Shown here one piece after another: positions 32,191 through 43,112 of a stretch of 64,000 bases of DNA. The translations under genes and the position numbers were made by a program. Every line of letters begins with the position of its first letter. Position 1 is the first letter of the stretch. Under the pieces are notes generated by a model. It had not been told where the DNA came from, did no database searches, and saw only the letters and a program-made list of their open reading frames with translations. Source of the DNA: Schizochytrium sp. TIO01 (Eukaryota > Protista > Bigyra: Labyrinthulomycetes); contig SMSO01000032.1 in the NCBI GenBank assembly GCA_004764695.1, positions 2,728,001-2,792,000 of the forward strand. The letters run 5' to 3'.

Positions 32191-33625
32191 CAATGACGAT
32201 GATAACGATGATGATAGTCTTCCTAAACGGAAGGTCCGTGAAAAGGTTGACGCTGAGGAACCCATGGATGACAAAGCACGTGTAGCAAAGTACTACGCTG
32301 GGTCATTCCGGGGTACATCGGCAGCACATGTCCTGTTTTCCCTCTCACAGCGTCTCAACAAAGATCAAAAGGTTTTTCTTTGGCTTGCCATCGTTGGGAC
32401 TACTCACCACTTCATCAATTCTGAACTCAGCGAGGAGGACTACCTTCTCCGTGTACTCACATACCAGGACCTCGTTAAAGACCGCTCCATGTCTCGTCGA
32501 GCAGGCCAACATACAGTCACAGAAGATGGTGCTGAGGTGCCTCTTATGGAAGGCCAAAGCATGGAATTCATTGAAGAACTTCGTCTTATGCTGCATCGCC
32601 ACTGGTCGTTGCACGAGGCGTTTCTGTACTCTGACTACATTGCTGCCAAGCTTGGAATCTGGAAAAACGACGGTGAAGCCAAGCTTCGCACATTTTTCGC
32701 CAAGATGGGAATTAGTCGGAAAGAAGCAGAGCAAAAGTATTCTTTCATGAACATGAGTGTTAAGAGGGCTCTCAAAGATAAAATTGGTGCTCATGGAGCG
32801 GACTTTTCTCTTGACGAAAGCTTCGTCTACGCATCATTCCAGTTCCGGGCTGGCTTTGGGCACCAACTATCAGCTGCTGATACCGCATACTGTATGGCTG
32901 CTTTGCTCGAGAGTGCAGCTACACACCCTACAGTTTTTGCCGATGATTCTGGTGCTGATGCTACAGAGGATGCTACTGAAATCCCCGAGGTTGACCTTGA
33001 CGGGGACGACCTTGATTATGCTGGTGAAGATGGAGCAAATGGGCAAAAGGAAAATAGCAAGGCAATTCTGGCAGCTTCACTTTGGAAACAAAGCTTCAAT
33101 GCAGCTTATGATGCTCTCTCTTTCTCACAAACAACTCGCAACCAGCATCTCCTGGAACAAGGCCTTAACCTCGCCAAAGCTCTGCAAAAGGCTATTATTC
33201 AGGAGGGTGGAAATATAATTTCGGGAACAAAGATTGCCAGTGCAGGTTCTTTTCGCTACTGTATTCTGGAAGGTTTGCCACCCAAGCTGGTGAGTATTTT
33301 TTCCCAGCCTGATACACTTCTCCGCCTTGCCAAATTCATCATGCTCGCGTACACAAGTGCCGGCAAGTGGTCGGGCCTGGGCGCCAAACCCCTTGTTCTT
33401 GGTGTCAAAAACCTCAAGACAAACAAAGCTCATTTTGTTGGCCTCCCCCACCCAACTTTTGGGGATGACGCGATTGCAAAGAACCCCTTTGGCAGATATT
33501 TTCGTGTGGCCGCCCAAAAAGTGGGCACGGCCCACATCCATGTTGGCTTTAGCTCGGCATGTATCGAGATCCCCCTCGAGCTTGTGCAGAAATTCTTAGT
33601 GGCATTGCATGAAATAACAGCTTGA
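31286..33625 (+). CDS. CDC45: Cell division control protein 45
   Basis: Motifs 'DCDALCAVKILTSLLK', 'IMINCG', 'IIDSARP', 'LWLAIVG', 'LHRHWSL' and 'FAKMGIS', plus a very long acidic insertion. The first ATG is at 31286. Confidence 0.95.
32153..32216 (+). repeat. (GAT)n coding microsatellite (poly-Asp) in CDC45
   Basis: Direct observation. Confidence 0.9.
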
Positions 33626-34100
33626 ATAAATGGTTGATTATATGCTTTAAGGTTCCTTTTCCTCCTTGTTCCCATTGCTTTTACCTCTGTTGATACAAGT
33701 GGCCTCACACTACAATTGAAGAGCCATTGGATAAGTTCGATTATTAATTAGAGAATGAGTTTCCACTCTCAATTCTTTCTATTAGGCAGTGTTGATTATA
33801 CATGAGCATACGTGCATCATCGTCATTATATCGGCAAATACGAATATCTAGATGTGCTAACCGAAAGAGTTCCAAGATTACAGTGACATTGTTGGAAGCA
33901 TATATATGAATTAATATGCTGCAGAATCTTTGAACCCGCCGGGTGTGTTATCGTTCTATTGGAACTGGCAGTGGCCCTGATGTTGGCTATTAAGTAGGGG
34001 AGAAGGTTTCTACTGGAAGTGAATGCATCGCTCTCTAAGAGCGCGCACTTCAAATGTTACTTCCGATTTCAGCGTTGTTTGCTAGGTTCTCATTATGCGT

Positions 34101-35450
34101 TTATACTCGCTTTTGAGCTCTTGAGGATGACCATACCGAGCTACGGGCTGCACTTGTGCTGTCAAGAGGCTCAAAATCGGGGTCTGGTTCACGGTAATCG
34201 AGGTCGTGAAGAAGATAGCGGTATAGTTGATCGCGCATTGCTTGATTCTTGTAGTTATTGTCTGCAAATTGCATTTGCATCGCAAAGGTCCGCTCTAGAT
34301 TCTGAACAGCATGTTGCGTCATTCCAGGGATGAAGACAATTTCACCTTCTTTCTGTACGCAGTGAAGAACAACAGAATCATCTTCAAGCTCTTCGGTTAC
34401 TTTCTTTGCCTTAATTTTGCTTGCAAACGCGCCTGCGCCAAACTTACTTTGAAGTTCGGCGTTTTTCTCAAGCTTGGGGAGTTTCTCTCCAGGCTTCGCT
34501 TTCGATTTAAACTTCTTGATCAAGTACGTCTGCTCTTCATGAGCCTTACAGACAGGGTCGTGATCCAGAAATCTCGAGCAATATGTCTCCTCTAGACTTG
34601 GTGCGGGCTCAAGAAGCTCTACCTCATCTTGGGCTTCCAACTCAGAATATCCAGCAACCACGCGGTTAGATACCTTCATATACCAGACCTTCTTACCCTC
34701 AAAGATAAGGTTGATCGCAGTTTGGTGTGAGTGATAGTCAATACCGCTAGCAGCGTAGCCAATGAGAAATCCAGAATGGGTTACCAAGTTTGGGGGTTTG
34801 CTCACGGATTCATCACCAACAACGAACTCAGGAACTTGAACTTTGGTCAAAAGCTCGCAGGCAGTAGAGAAGTTATGGTGAATTGGTTCAGAGTGTGGAA
34901 GGTAATATGAAACGGCAGGGATGCATTCGTCCTTGTGGTTCCACAGGGACCAAGAGGTAGGCACCTGACCGTATTGAAAGATCCCGGGAACTTCGGCTAA
35001 ATCGACAGTTGCTTCGCTAGTAAATTTTGATTCAGCAAGTTCTAGATATTCATCAATTCCCATATTTTCGCTAGGGTATGGCCCAGCGCCCACACGAATT
35101 GAAATGTTTGCAAAGATGTCCCGAAGATTGTTCCAGCGGAACTCTTCAGCGGCAGGCCAACCTTTCATCGCATCTTCAATGATGACAGGGCGCTTTGCAA
35201 GTACAAAGAACTCGCGAAAATTTTCAGGTGTGAGTCCCCGCGCGCTGATGCGAGGAAAGTCGCAAGATTCTTCGAATTGCTCGAGTGACTCAAGTCTTTT
35301 TTCAGGTGCGTTTGATGAGCAATGCACACTACTGCTATTACTCTCGCAAGAAGCCTTCTTCGAGACAGAACCTGCCACACCCACAATCAGGCAAAGGGCG
35401 ACTATAGAGGACAACTTTCGGTTGCCCTTGAGACGTCCCTGGCGAGCCAT
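34101..35450 (-). CDS. JmjC/cupin 2OG-Fe(II) oxygenase with signal peptide (JMJD8-like)
   Basis: N-terminal hydrophobic signal, 'RPVIIEDAMKGWPA', H-x-H iron motif 'DYHSH...GKKVWY' and 'GEIVFIPGMTQHAVQN'. Confidence 0.8.
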   Translation of the reverse strand: MARQGRLKGNRKLSSIVALCLIVGVAGSVSKKASCESNSSSVHCSSNAPEKRLESLEQFEESCDFPRISARGLTPENFREFFVLAKRPVIIEDAMKGWPAAEEFRWNNLRDIFANISIRVGAGPYPSENMGIDEYLELAESKFTSEATVDLAEVPGIFQYGQVPTSWSLWNHKDECIPAVSYYLPHSEPIHHNFSTACELLTKVQVPEFVVGDESVSKPPNLVTHSGFLIGYAASGIDYHSHQTAINLIFEGKKVWYMKVSNRVVAGYSELEAQDEVELLEPAPSLEETYCSRFLDHDPVCKAHEEQTYLIKKFKSKAKPGEKLPKLEKNAELQSKFGAGAFASKIKAKKVTEELEDDSVVLHCVQKEGEIVFIPGMTQHAVQNLERTFAMQMQFADNNYKNQAMRDQLYRYLLHDLDYREPDPDFEPLDSTSAARSSVWSSSRAQKRV

Positions 35451-35959
35451 GATTGATGAACTTCAGATGTCGCTGTTATCCGTCCCAGGTGCTGCAACTC
35501 CACCCAATCAACACCCACGAGAGTCAACCTCACGACTTTGCGACTTCTCCTGTAAGGTATTCTGAGCTATTCTTTGCTTGATATATTGCTTCAAAACAGC
35601 AAGCTCCTTCTCAGGTTTGCACAATCTTCACAGGCCTCCCAAGCCAGTTACTGTGCACGCGAACCAGAGTTTAGTGCGCTGCCTCAATAAATCACTGCCA
35701 CCCAAGGGCTTTCGTCTGCTGAAGCAAGCTTTCTGTGTTTGCCTGCAGCCGCAGTCTCGCGGTACGCAGTTATGTCGCGCGGGGCCGGTTCTACTTTTAA
35801 AGTACTGCTTTCTTGCTGCAATTGCGAATTGCAATATCTCATTCACTTTGCAGATCCAAGCAAAATGACAAAATGTGTGCAAACCATAAAGATAGAAAGA
35901 ACAATTTTGACTTAATGAAAGAAACAAAAAAAAAACAGACTTGAAAAAAGACTAGATTA

Positions 35960-36413
35960 GGCGCGGGGGAACACGGGGAACTCCACAGAAGCAGTTCGTT
36001 TTAGCGCGGAGCCGGCTGCTTGGACTACGGAAGTATATTAAGACAGATCTTGGGATTATCAGCGTATGCTTGGGCCGGAGCGGAGTCCAGGCGGCCAGGG
36101 CGCGAGATGGGAGTGGGGAAATATCTGAAAAGTTGATCTTTTTGCTGATCGCGCAGGGCAGGTTGTTTAGTGGGGATTAGTTAGAAAGTCCCACCCACGG
36201 AGCTACTGGGTTACAGGGATGATTCTGATTTCGAGGGTCGTGGCTCCTTTAGCGCGCATGAGACGGCTTGAGGTTCGAGATCCCGCGCTGGGTTCTAGAA
36301 CCAAACTCTTCGTTAGTGACGGTGACCTAGGAGTGTTTATCTCGTGCTTGCTATTTTGGCGTGGGGATATCCTTCGCTTACCGTCTTCTTCAACTGCAGT
36401 TCGTGTTGGTGCC
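35960..36413 (+). ncRNA. Unidentified ~455-nt multibranched structured element (ncRNA or structured 5' exon)
   Basis: Closing 5'/3' helices plus at least 5 internal hairpins with G-U pairs (see findings). Confidence 0.45.
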
Positions 36414-37165
36414 GGGGCTACTTTAGGAGTAGTGCGTAGCGTTCTTGAAGGGAAACTAGTTTGAGATAAAGTAAGCATGAAGGACCCAAATTCGATTTAC
36501 CACGTTAATATATCTAATTAGCTCTTCAGAAGCTCGGACTTGTGGAATGTTTGCTCCCATTAGTGCGCACAATGACTATGCACACTGTATTTAAACCTAG
36601 CAATCATAAAACATTCTGTAAGCAGAAGCTTCAAAATAGACATTAGCCAGCAACTTACAACCGCACCCATATTCAACTATGTTGGCATTGCATGCACAAG
36701 TGCGGAAACACATGAAACAGCGCACAGGATGAAGACAGCAAATGTATGGGCAGCCTGGAGTTTTAGCAAGAACGGCAAACTTTCTAAGCCTCGGTATCTA
36801 TGAACGAGGCATCTCTTTTCTCGTTTTGTTGTAAATCACTACCTTAATTATTCCACATCTGAGCGCAATGCTGTAGGAAAATTCCTTGCATGAGCGCTTT
36901 TATTCTCATTCTGTAGCTCAAGCATTCAGCATTTCGTTTGTGGCAATTGTAATGTAAGTGGGAAGATAAAACATACGAGGCAAACCATCAAACAGAAAAG
37001 TGAAACAGATCACGTTGACCGCTTCTTGAGCGGTCATCTTTCTGGCGGAGGAGTGTACCTCGGGACGGTATAGAGCGGCTCTGAGATTTGAAAGCGTCTC
37101 GAAAGCTCGTCACGCTTATCTGCTTGTTGGTGGTCCTTGAGGCATCGGCATTCGGCATCTTCATC

Positions 37166-37594
37166 ATGGTCTTTGGCAGTGGCGCGCTTTCGGGCGGCGG
37201 AAGCCAAAGCAACAGCAGGGGCAGTGGGAGAAACAACAACAGTCGACAAAAGAACGGCAACAACAGCAAACAGCGTGGCAAATCCCAAAACAACAACAAC
37301 AAACAGGGCAACAACAGGGGCGGATCTGGAGGCTTTAATAACGCGGGCTTCGGCGGTAGTACTTTTGGAGGCGGGGCTCAACAGCAGAATCAGTCCCAAA
37401 GCTTTGGAGGTGGCGCCAGTTCAGGCTTTGGAGGTGGTGCCAGTTCAGGCTTTGGAGGTGGTGCCAGTTCAGGCTTTGGAGGTGGTGCCAGTTCAGGCTT
37501 TGGAGGTGGTGCAAGTTCAGGCTTTGGAGGTGGCGCAAACTCTGGCAGCAGTTTTGGTGCTGGCGCCGGAGGATTCGGAGGCCAGGGCGGTAGC

Positions 37595-37627
<33 letters not shown>

Positions 37628-38029
37628 TCTGGAGGTTTTGGCGGTGGTGCCAGTGGTGGTTTTGGTAGCGGTGCTCCCGGAGGTGGCTTTGGCGGAGGTC
37701 AACAGCAAAATAATCAGCAGGGCAGTTTCGGGCAGGGTGCCTTTGGGGGCGGCCAACAGCAGCAGAAGCACAACAATAATTCATCAGGATTTGCAGGTGG
37801 ATCCTCTGGATTCGGGCGAAATGCCGGGGGCTTTAACAGCAACAATAATAATAGCAACTTCAATAACAACTCCGGAAACCCACGAATTTGCAAGTACTTC
37901 ATGCAGGGCAGGTGTAACAAGGGTAATCGCTGTAACTTCTCCCATGACACGCCAAACCAACCAGAACCTGGTATGACAAACTCCTTCAACAACAACTCTC
38001 AGCAAACGAACAATTTGTTTGGCCAGCAA

Positions 38030-38063
<34 letters not shown>

Positions 38064-38953
38064 CACAACAATCGCAAGCGTCTCAGGGATTCGGACAAGG
38101 TGCTGGTGGGTTTGGTGGAAATGCGTTTGGCGGCCAGCAGCAACAGCATCAGCAACAGTCTAATAATGGTTTTGGAGGTGGCGCTGGCTTCGGCGCTGGT
38201 TCTGCTGGTGGTTTTGGCGGAAACAACATGAATAACAACCCGATGGCATCACCTGCAAATTCTGGTGGCTCATTCGGCGGTGGCGCATTCGGTGGTGGCG
38301 TAAGTGCGGGCGGATTTGGTGCAGGGACTGCTGGAAGTGGAGGTGGTTTTGGCAATGGTGTGCCTTCGCATAATAATACCAATGGCCCAAACAACAACAG
38401 TAACCAAGGGCGGTCTGTATGCAAATTTTTCTTGCAAGGAAGGTGTAACAAGGGTAACACCTGCCGGTTTTCGCATGATCAGAGTGCCGCAGGACAACAG
38501 GCACCACCACAGCAGCAGCAACAACAACAGCAAAATGTTTTCCAGACCCAACAACAATCTCAGCAATTTGGATCAGGAGGCTTTGGATCTGGTTCTGGTG
38601 GTTTTGGCAACTCTACGGGAGGCAACTCCGGCTTTGGGCAATCTACTTTCGGAAATTCTAAACAAAAAGGAGATGTTCTTGGAGCAACAGACAATCGCCA
38701 GCGTGCTACTTTGCCAACTGACGACACAGATATAAAAACCTTAGATAAACCTTCCACCGGTGCGGGCCCTGCTCCTAGTGCAGCACTTTTCGGCAATAAT
38801 GAAAACGCAGCAACGCAACCTAAGCGAACTTGTCCTGACAATTCTCCCTTTTATAAGGATAAACTTAACCTTGATCAGGAGGTTGAAGAGTTTGACAAGG
38901 ATTCCTTCACCCTTGGGCGAGTTCCTATCAACATTCAACTACTTCTCGCATAA
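37166..38953 (+). CDS. NUP42: FG-repeat nucleoporin with two CCCH zinc fingers (NUP42/CG1/Amo1-like)
   Basis: Many GFG/SFG repeats, two CxxFxQGRCNKGxxCxFSH fingers, and a C-terminal 'EEFDKDSFTLGRVP' resembling the Gle1-binding tail. Confidence 0.72.
37400..37536 (+). repeat. 24-bp tandem repeat (~5.5 copies) encoding GFGGGASS
   Basis: The unit ggctttggaggtggtgccagttca is repeated. Confidence 0.95.
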
Positions 38954-39370
38954 ATTATAGAAACTAATTTTGTTCACTTCTAGCATCCAATCCCCCATTT
39001 CCACAAGTAACACTTGAGCATAAAACTGCAAATTTAATGCTGTGAAAATATGGTATATTTACCTTGTTCAAATATTCTTCAAAAACAACCACACAAGCTC
39101 ATAGTCCCAAATTACAAGGATACCTCTCAGTTTTTTCTGCATCGCGCATGAACATTTTATGGCCTTGTGCTGCTCTAGAGAGGCTCAAGATGCCTGGACT
39201 CGTCAATTCCGCTATGTACTAGGTAGGCACTAGTAGGCTCATGCTCCTTTCCAGTGATCGACTGGACAACGCAAAAGTCAGAACTTAGGGCGGGAACGCA
39301 GGGAACCCCTTCTCGACGGCCAACCAAACCCTGTACTACTCTTGGTTTGCACGCGGAGCTCGAACTGACG

Positions 39371-40006
39371 ATGGCGGACCAGCAGGCTCAGGCACAACAG
39401 GCACGCCCAGGCCGCAGGCGGCAGGCGGATACCTCTTCTGAGGATCTTCCGCTCAAATACGTACGTTTTACCCTCTTGTGGTGCTACATGGAGTCCATCT
39501 AGTCAGCCACCGGCTTGGTATACTGGACTTTGTATGTAGGCCTATTTGTATGGAAACCTGGAAAGAGCTCGAGGACAACGAGACTAACTAACATGACGAT
39601 TGACAATGCACGTATCATTTTTCACGGCTGGGGATCTTCTTCACCTGCGGATGGGTTCATACGGATATTGGGTTGCTTACGGACTTTTCATGTTTGTTGT
39701 ACTTTGAAATTGAAATCACAGGTCGACGTGACGAGCGCCAACTCTAAGTCTTTTGCCTTTGAGAAAGAGGGGCACACTCTCGGCAACTCGCTTCGCCATA
39801 TGGTAGTTCGTCAGCCGAACGTGGACCTCTGCGGTTACACCATTCCTCACCCTATGGAGGATGTCTACCACATGCGAATCCAAACTGATGGCTCTATTGA
39901 CGCCAACACGGCCCTTGACCGCGGTCTCACAAACCTCGCTGGCCTTTGCGACGACCTGCTCAAGAAGATTAACGATGCGCACAAGGAGTTTGAGAGCCGC
40001 TCTTAA
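39371..40006 (+). CDS. POLR1D: RNA polymerases I/III shared subunit AC19; join(39371..39460,39722..40006)
   Basis: Motifs 'EGHTLGNSLR...CGYTIPHP...RIQT'. A GTACGT...CAG intron at 39461-39721 keeps the frame. Confidence 0.9.
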
Positions 40007-41077
40007 AATATTTTTAATAGCGCAACCTCCCGATCACCCAAACGACCTTCTGCTACCAAGTATCACTCCTTTGCGATCCTGAGTTTCCTTAATGTCTCCT
40101 TTGTTCTTCTTCTTTGAGCATGCTTCTACTAGCTTCGCTTAAACAAGATCATACAAAACGTTGCCTTTATCTACTCCTGGCTCGATCGCTCCCTGTCTCT
40201 CAGCAAACTAAACAGCGCTGCAAGTGAGGACTGTCCCACCTTTCACTGCGGTTGGAGTTCTTATTTCCAGTAGATTCGCTGGACCTTTTTCTTTCTGTCT
40301 ACTACAACCGGGACAGATTGTCTGTAAGTGTGCGTATCAACTTTCGCATCTCAAACAAAGTAAACGATCTTTCAAACTTCGCTTTCCGATGCTAGCTTAG
40401 AATGTAAGCCACCGTCTATTCTTTCAATTAACAATTTCCGATTATTAACAGGAACTTGATTAGACCACGGAGTCATATAATTTATTTGAGATTCGCCCTT
40501 AGATGATTGCTTGACTGCATTTGATAGGTTTATATATCCGAAGGTGCGATTAAAATTGGGCCAAATATTCAAAAACTATGTTGTAAGAATTAATAAGGCA
40601 AAACTTAACTTTTAAGAGAATGACATCAGAAGGTAGAATATATTATTTATACTAAATGAGAGCAAGACTGCATTCAGCCTTGAAATCATTAAGATCAAGG
40701 ATAAGCAATTTTTTTTGGGGTACGTCAATCTGGCTAAAGTGAGATTTTTGAAGAACCGTTAGTAAAAACTAGAACCGAGGGGTAGTAAGTAGACCGTGAA
40801 AAATTGTGGATCATAGATGATTCTGTCGTGAACGGAGCTCGGGTGGAAGTTAGCTTTTGATAGCCCTACTATCTATATGGACTTTAGTGCTACGAAGCAG
40901 CCAACGAACGCATATATAAATTGCTGCGTATGTTTTAAATAGATATCCCTAAGTATGAGGGATAGCTATTGCGGTGAAGTCATTGAGAGCGCTCATTGCT
41001 TATTGAGGCCAGCACACGTCAAAGTTTTGAAAGGAGATACAAAACAGACTTGTGCTCCTGCTGTGCGCAAACAAGAC

Positions 41078-42475
41078 TCAGCCCCTACTTCGACGTCTTG
41101 ATGTTGTTCTCCGGCGCTTCGAGCGAGTAGACCATTCGAAGTCATCATCATCATATGCATCACCATAAGCGTCATCTAAGCCCCCATCCTCTTCGGCCTG
41201 CAAAAGACGAGCAAACTCAAGGTCCTTTTCTTCCTGTGTCTTTGGAGCCTTTGCCTTTGACCTTGCTTTAGCCTTCGGCTTAGCTGCTTTAGCTGTCTTT
41301 GCACGAGGCTTAGCTGCTTTCTTTTTCGTCGTGCTAGCAGGAATATCGTCAGTACTTGTCGCGCTAGTTCCCATTTCTACATTACCGCCATCATCTTCTG
41401 GGCGCTGTTCTTCAGTAGTAGCTGTAGCAGCTGGGTCGTCCTCAGGAATTTCAGCTGATTCACCAGCACGGACGCGCTCAAGAGCTGCAGTGAGACTAGC
41501 AAGCTGGCGCTGCAGTTGGCGAAGTCGGTCATAGCGAGCTCTGCGCAGCGATGCGTTGTGTTGCATTGACAATGTGTTAACTACGTTGGAGGTATCTTCA
41601 TGACGAAGTACGGGGATCACAATACTCCGAATTTCAGCAGGGTCAAGACCAAATTTTTCCTCATTTGCAGCTCGTTTACGTCTGATCTGATTTTGCGACA
41701 TATTACCATCCATGTTAATAAGACAGCCATTCTTGCGGCGACCAGGCTTCTTCTCATTTTCCGCAAATACATGCAAAGGATCGATGTGTAGACCCGTGAA
41801 TTCACTTGTAGACTGTTGTCCTAGCATTCGCTGCATTTGGTTATTTAGCTGAGCAACGGTCTTACCCGGAAGGCAGCCCGCTTTGACAATATCAGTCCAT
41901 TTACCAAGACCAAACTTCATCAACGCCAGGCGAAACACCTCTACCTCCTTTTCCGTCCATCCTGTATCCAGTCCAGAAGTAATTAAAATAACCAAGAAAT
42001 CCACCACGGCATCGTTATCGTCGTCATTGGGCATCAAAACATCCAAGCAACGAGATTGAAGTATGAACCACCGTTCCACAGGGTGGGTACGAGAGCGCAA
42101 ACGTAAGCAAAAGAAAACAAAATATAGTGAAGTGTTGTCCAAGTTAGAGATCTCCTTTCATTGTAAACTACTCTCCCTCAACCACATTTCGCAAGGACTT
42201 TTTTTAATCGTCACGAGGGGGAGCATAAGTTTAAACACCTCTCCCCTACCTCCTTTCTGAGTATCAGTATTGTCGATCGCTGCACGCAAACATCTGCTCG
42301 GAGCGGAGTTGAAGGCGCTCAGCAACACAACCATCGCCCCTTGGACAGCGAGATCCTCGACTCAACGCAGAAAGGGCGACAAGCAACCCAACTTACCTGG
42401 TGAAAGCGTGTAGTTCCACAGACTACGGCTGTCATTGCTGTGAAGAACAGCAGGCGTCGCCGCTGAGCTCGACAT
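41078..42475 (-). CDS. p1/AMTP1-like Myb/HTH subunit of the MTA1/AMT1 N6-adenine DNA methyltransferase complex; join(complement 42397..42475, 41078..41961)
   Basis: The spliced product reads ...WNYTLSP-GWTEKEVEVFRLALMKFGLGKW...CLPGKTVAQLNNQMQRMLGQQSTSEFTGLHID. The GTAAGT...CAG intron (41962-42396) reconstitutes the SPGWT motif I recall from ciliate p1. Confidence 0.75.
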
Positions 42476-43112
42476 TCTTGCGAAACCTGAGCAGAAGTAA
42501 TCAAACTACGCCTCAAAGCATCTCAGGTTGAAATTCCAACGACGGGGACGCTCTTACTCTGTCCTTACGGAATTCCGGGTAAACACTCTGCACAACGCAC
42601 TATATTTCTCGGAATTCCTTCTGGTTCGAAGCGAGATACTGTATTAATAATGCAAGACGCTATTGCAAGGTCCGCAAGGGCGCGGCAAGGGGAGCTATAG
42701 CGAACCAGGGAGATACCTGAGTGGACGAAGAGGCCGGGGCGTTTAGGCGAAGAAGCCGCTGAGGCCATTTCTTTCTGGCTGGTGTTACTGCTGACTGTTG
42801 ACAGCGAAGGTGCAGCCATTGGGCGAACAGTGCGCACCAGGTTTGCCTATAGGAGTACTTAGAGGGCTAACTAGAGCAACTTTCTGAAACTTGTTTAGAA
42901 TACACGCAAGAGAAGTCGATTGTGGCAAGGAAGCAACAAGTATTGTCAGACTCGAAGAAAGAAGCCTTTTCACGCTCGAAGATCCAAATCTTTGTTTTTT
43001 TCTTGAAGAGATTGCCCGATAATTCATTGGAAGATCGAAAGTTATTAAGAATACATAGATCCATACAAATAGTACTTTGTGTTGAGGACACGACCAGTAG
43101 GAATATCAAACA

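Noticed and set aside
1997-33625. Clustering of ubiquitin-proteasome (2 USPs, RPN1) and replication (POLD3, CDC45) genes
   Set aside because: Interspersed with unrelated genes on mixed strands, consistent with chance.
36184-36425. RNase MRP/P-like CR-I (GAAAGTCCC) and CR-V (GGGGCTA) words
   Set aside because: P4 pairing is incomplete, CR-V lacks the preceding ACNNNA, and both words are explained by other local helices. Not called without a covariance-model search.
37400-37536. Regular 24-bp repeats as a CRISPR-like array
   Set aside because: No spacers; these are in-frame FG-repeat coding units.
42391-42402. ACTTACCTGG resembling the U1 snRNA 5' end
   Set aside because: It is the reverse complement of the CCAG|GTAAGT donor of the p1-like gene, and no U1 body follows.
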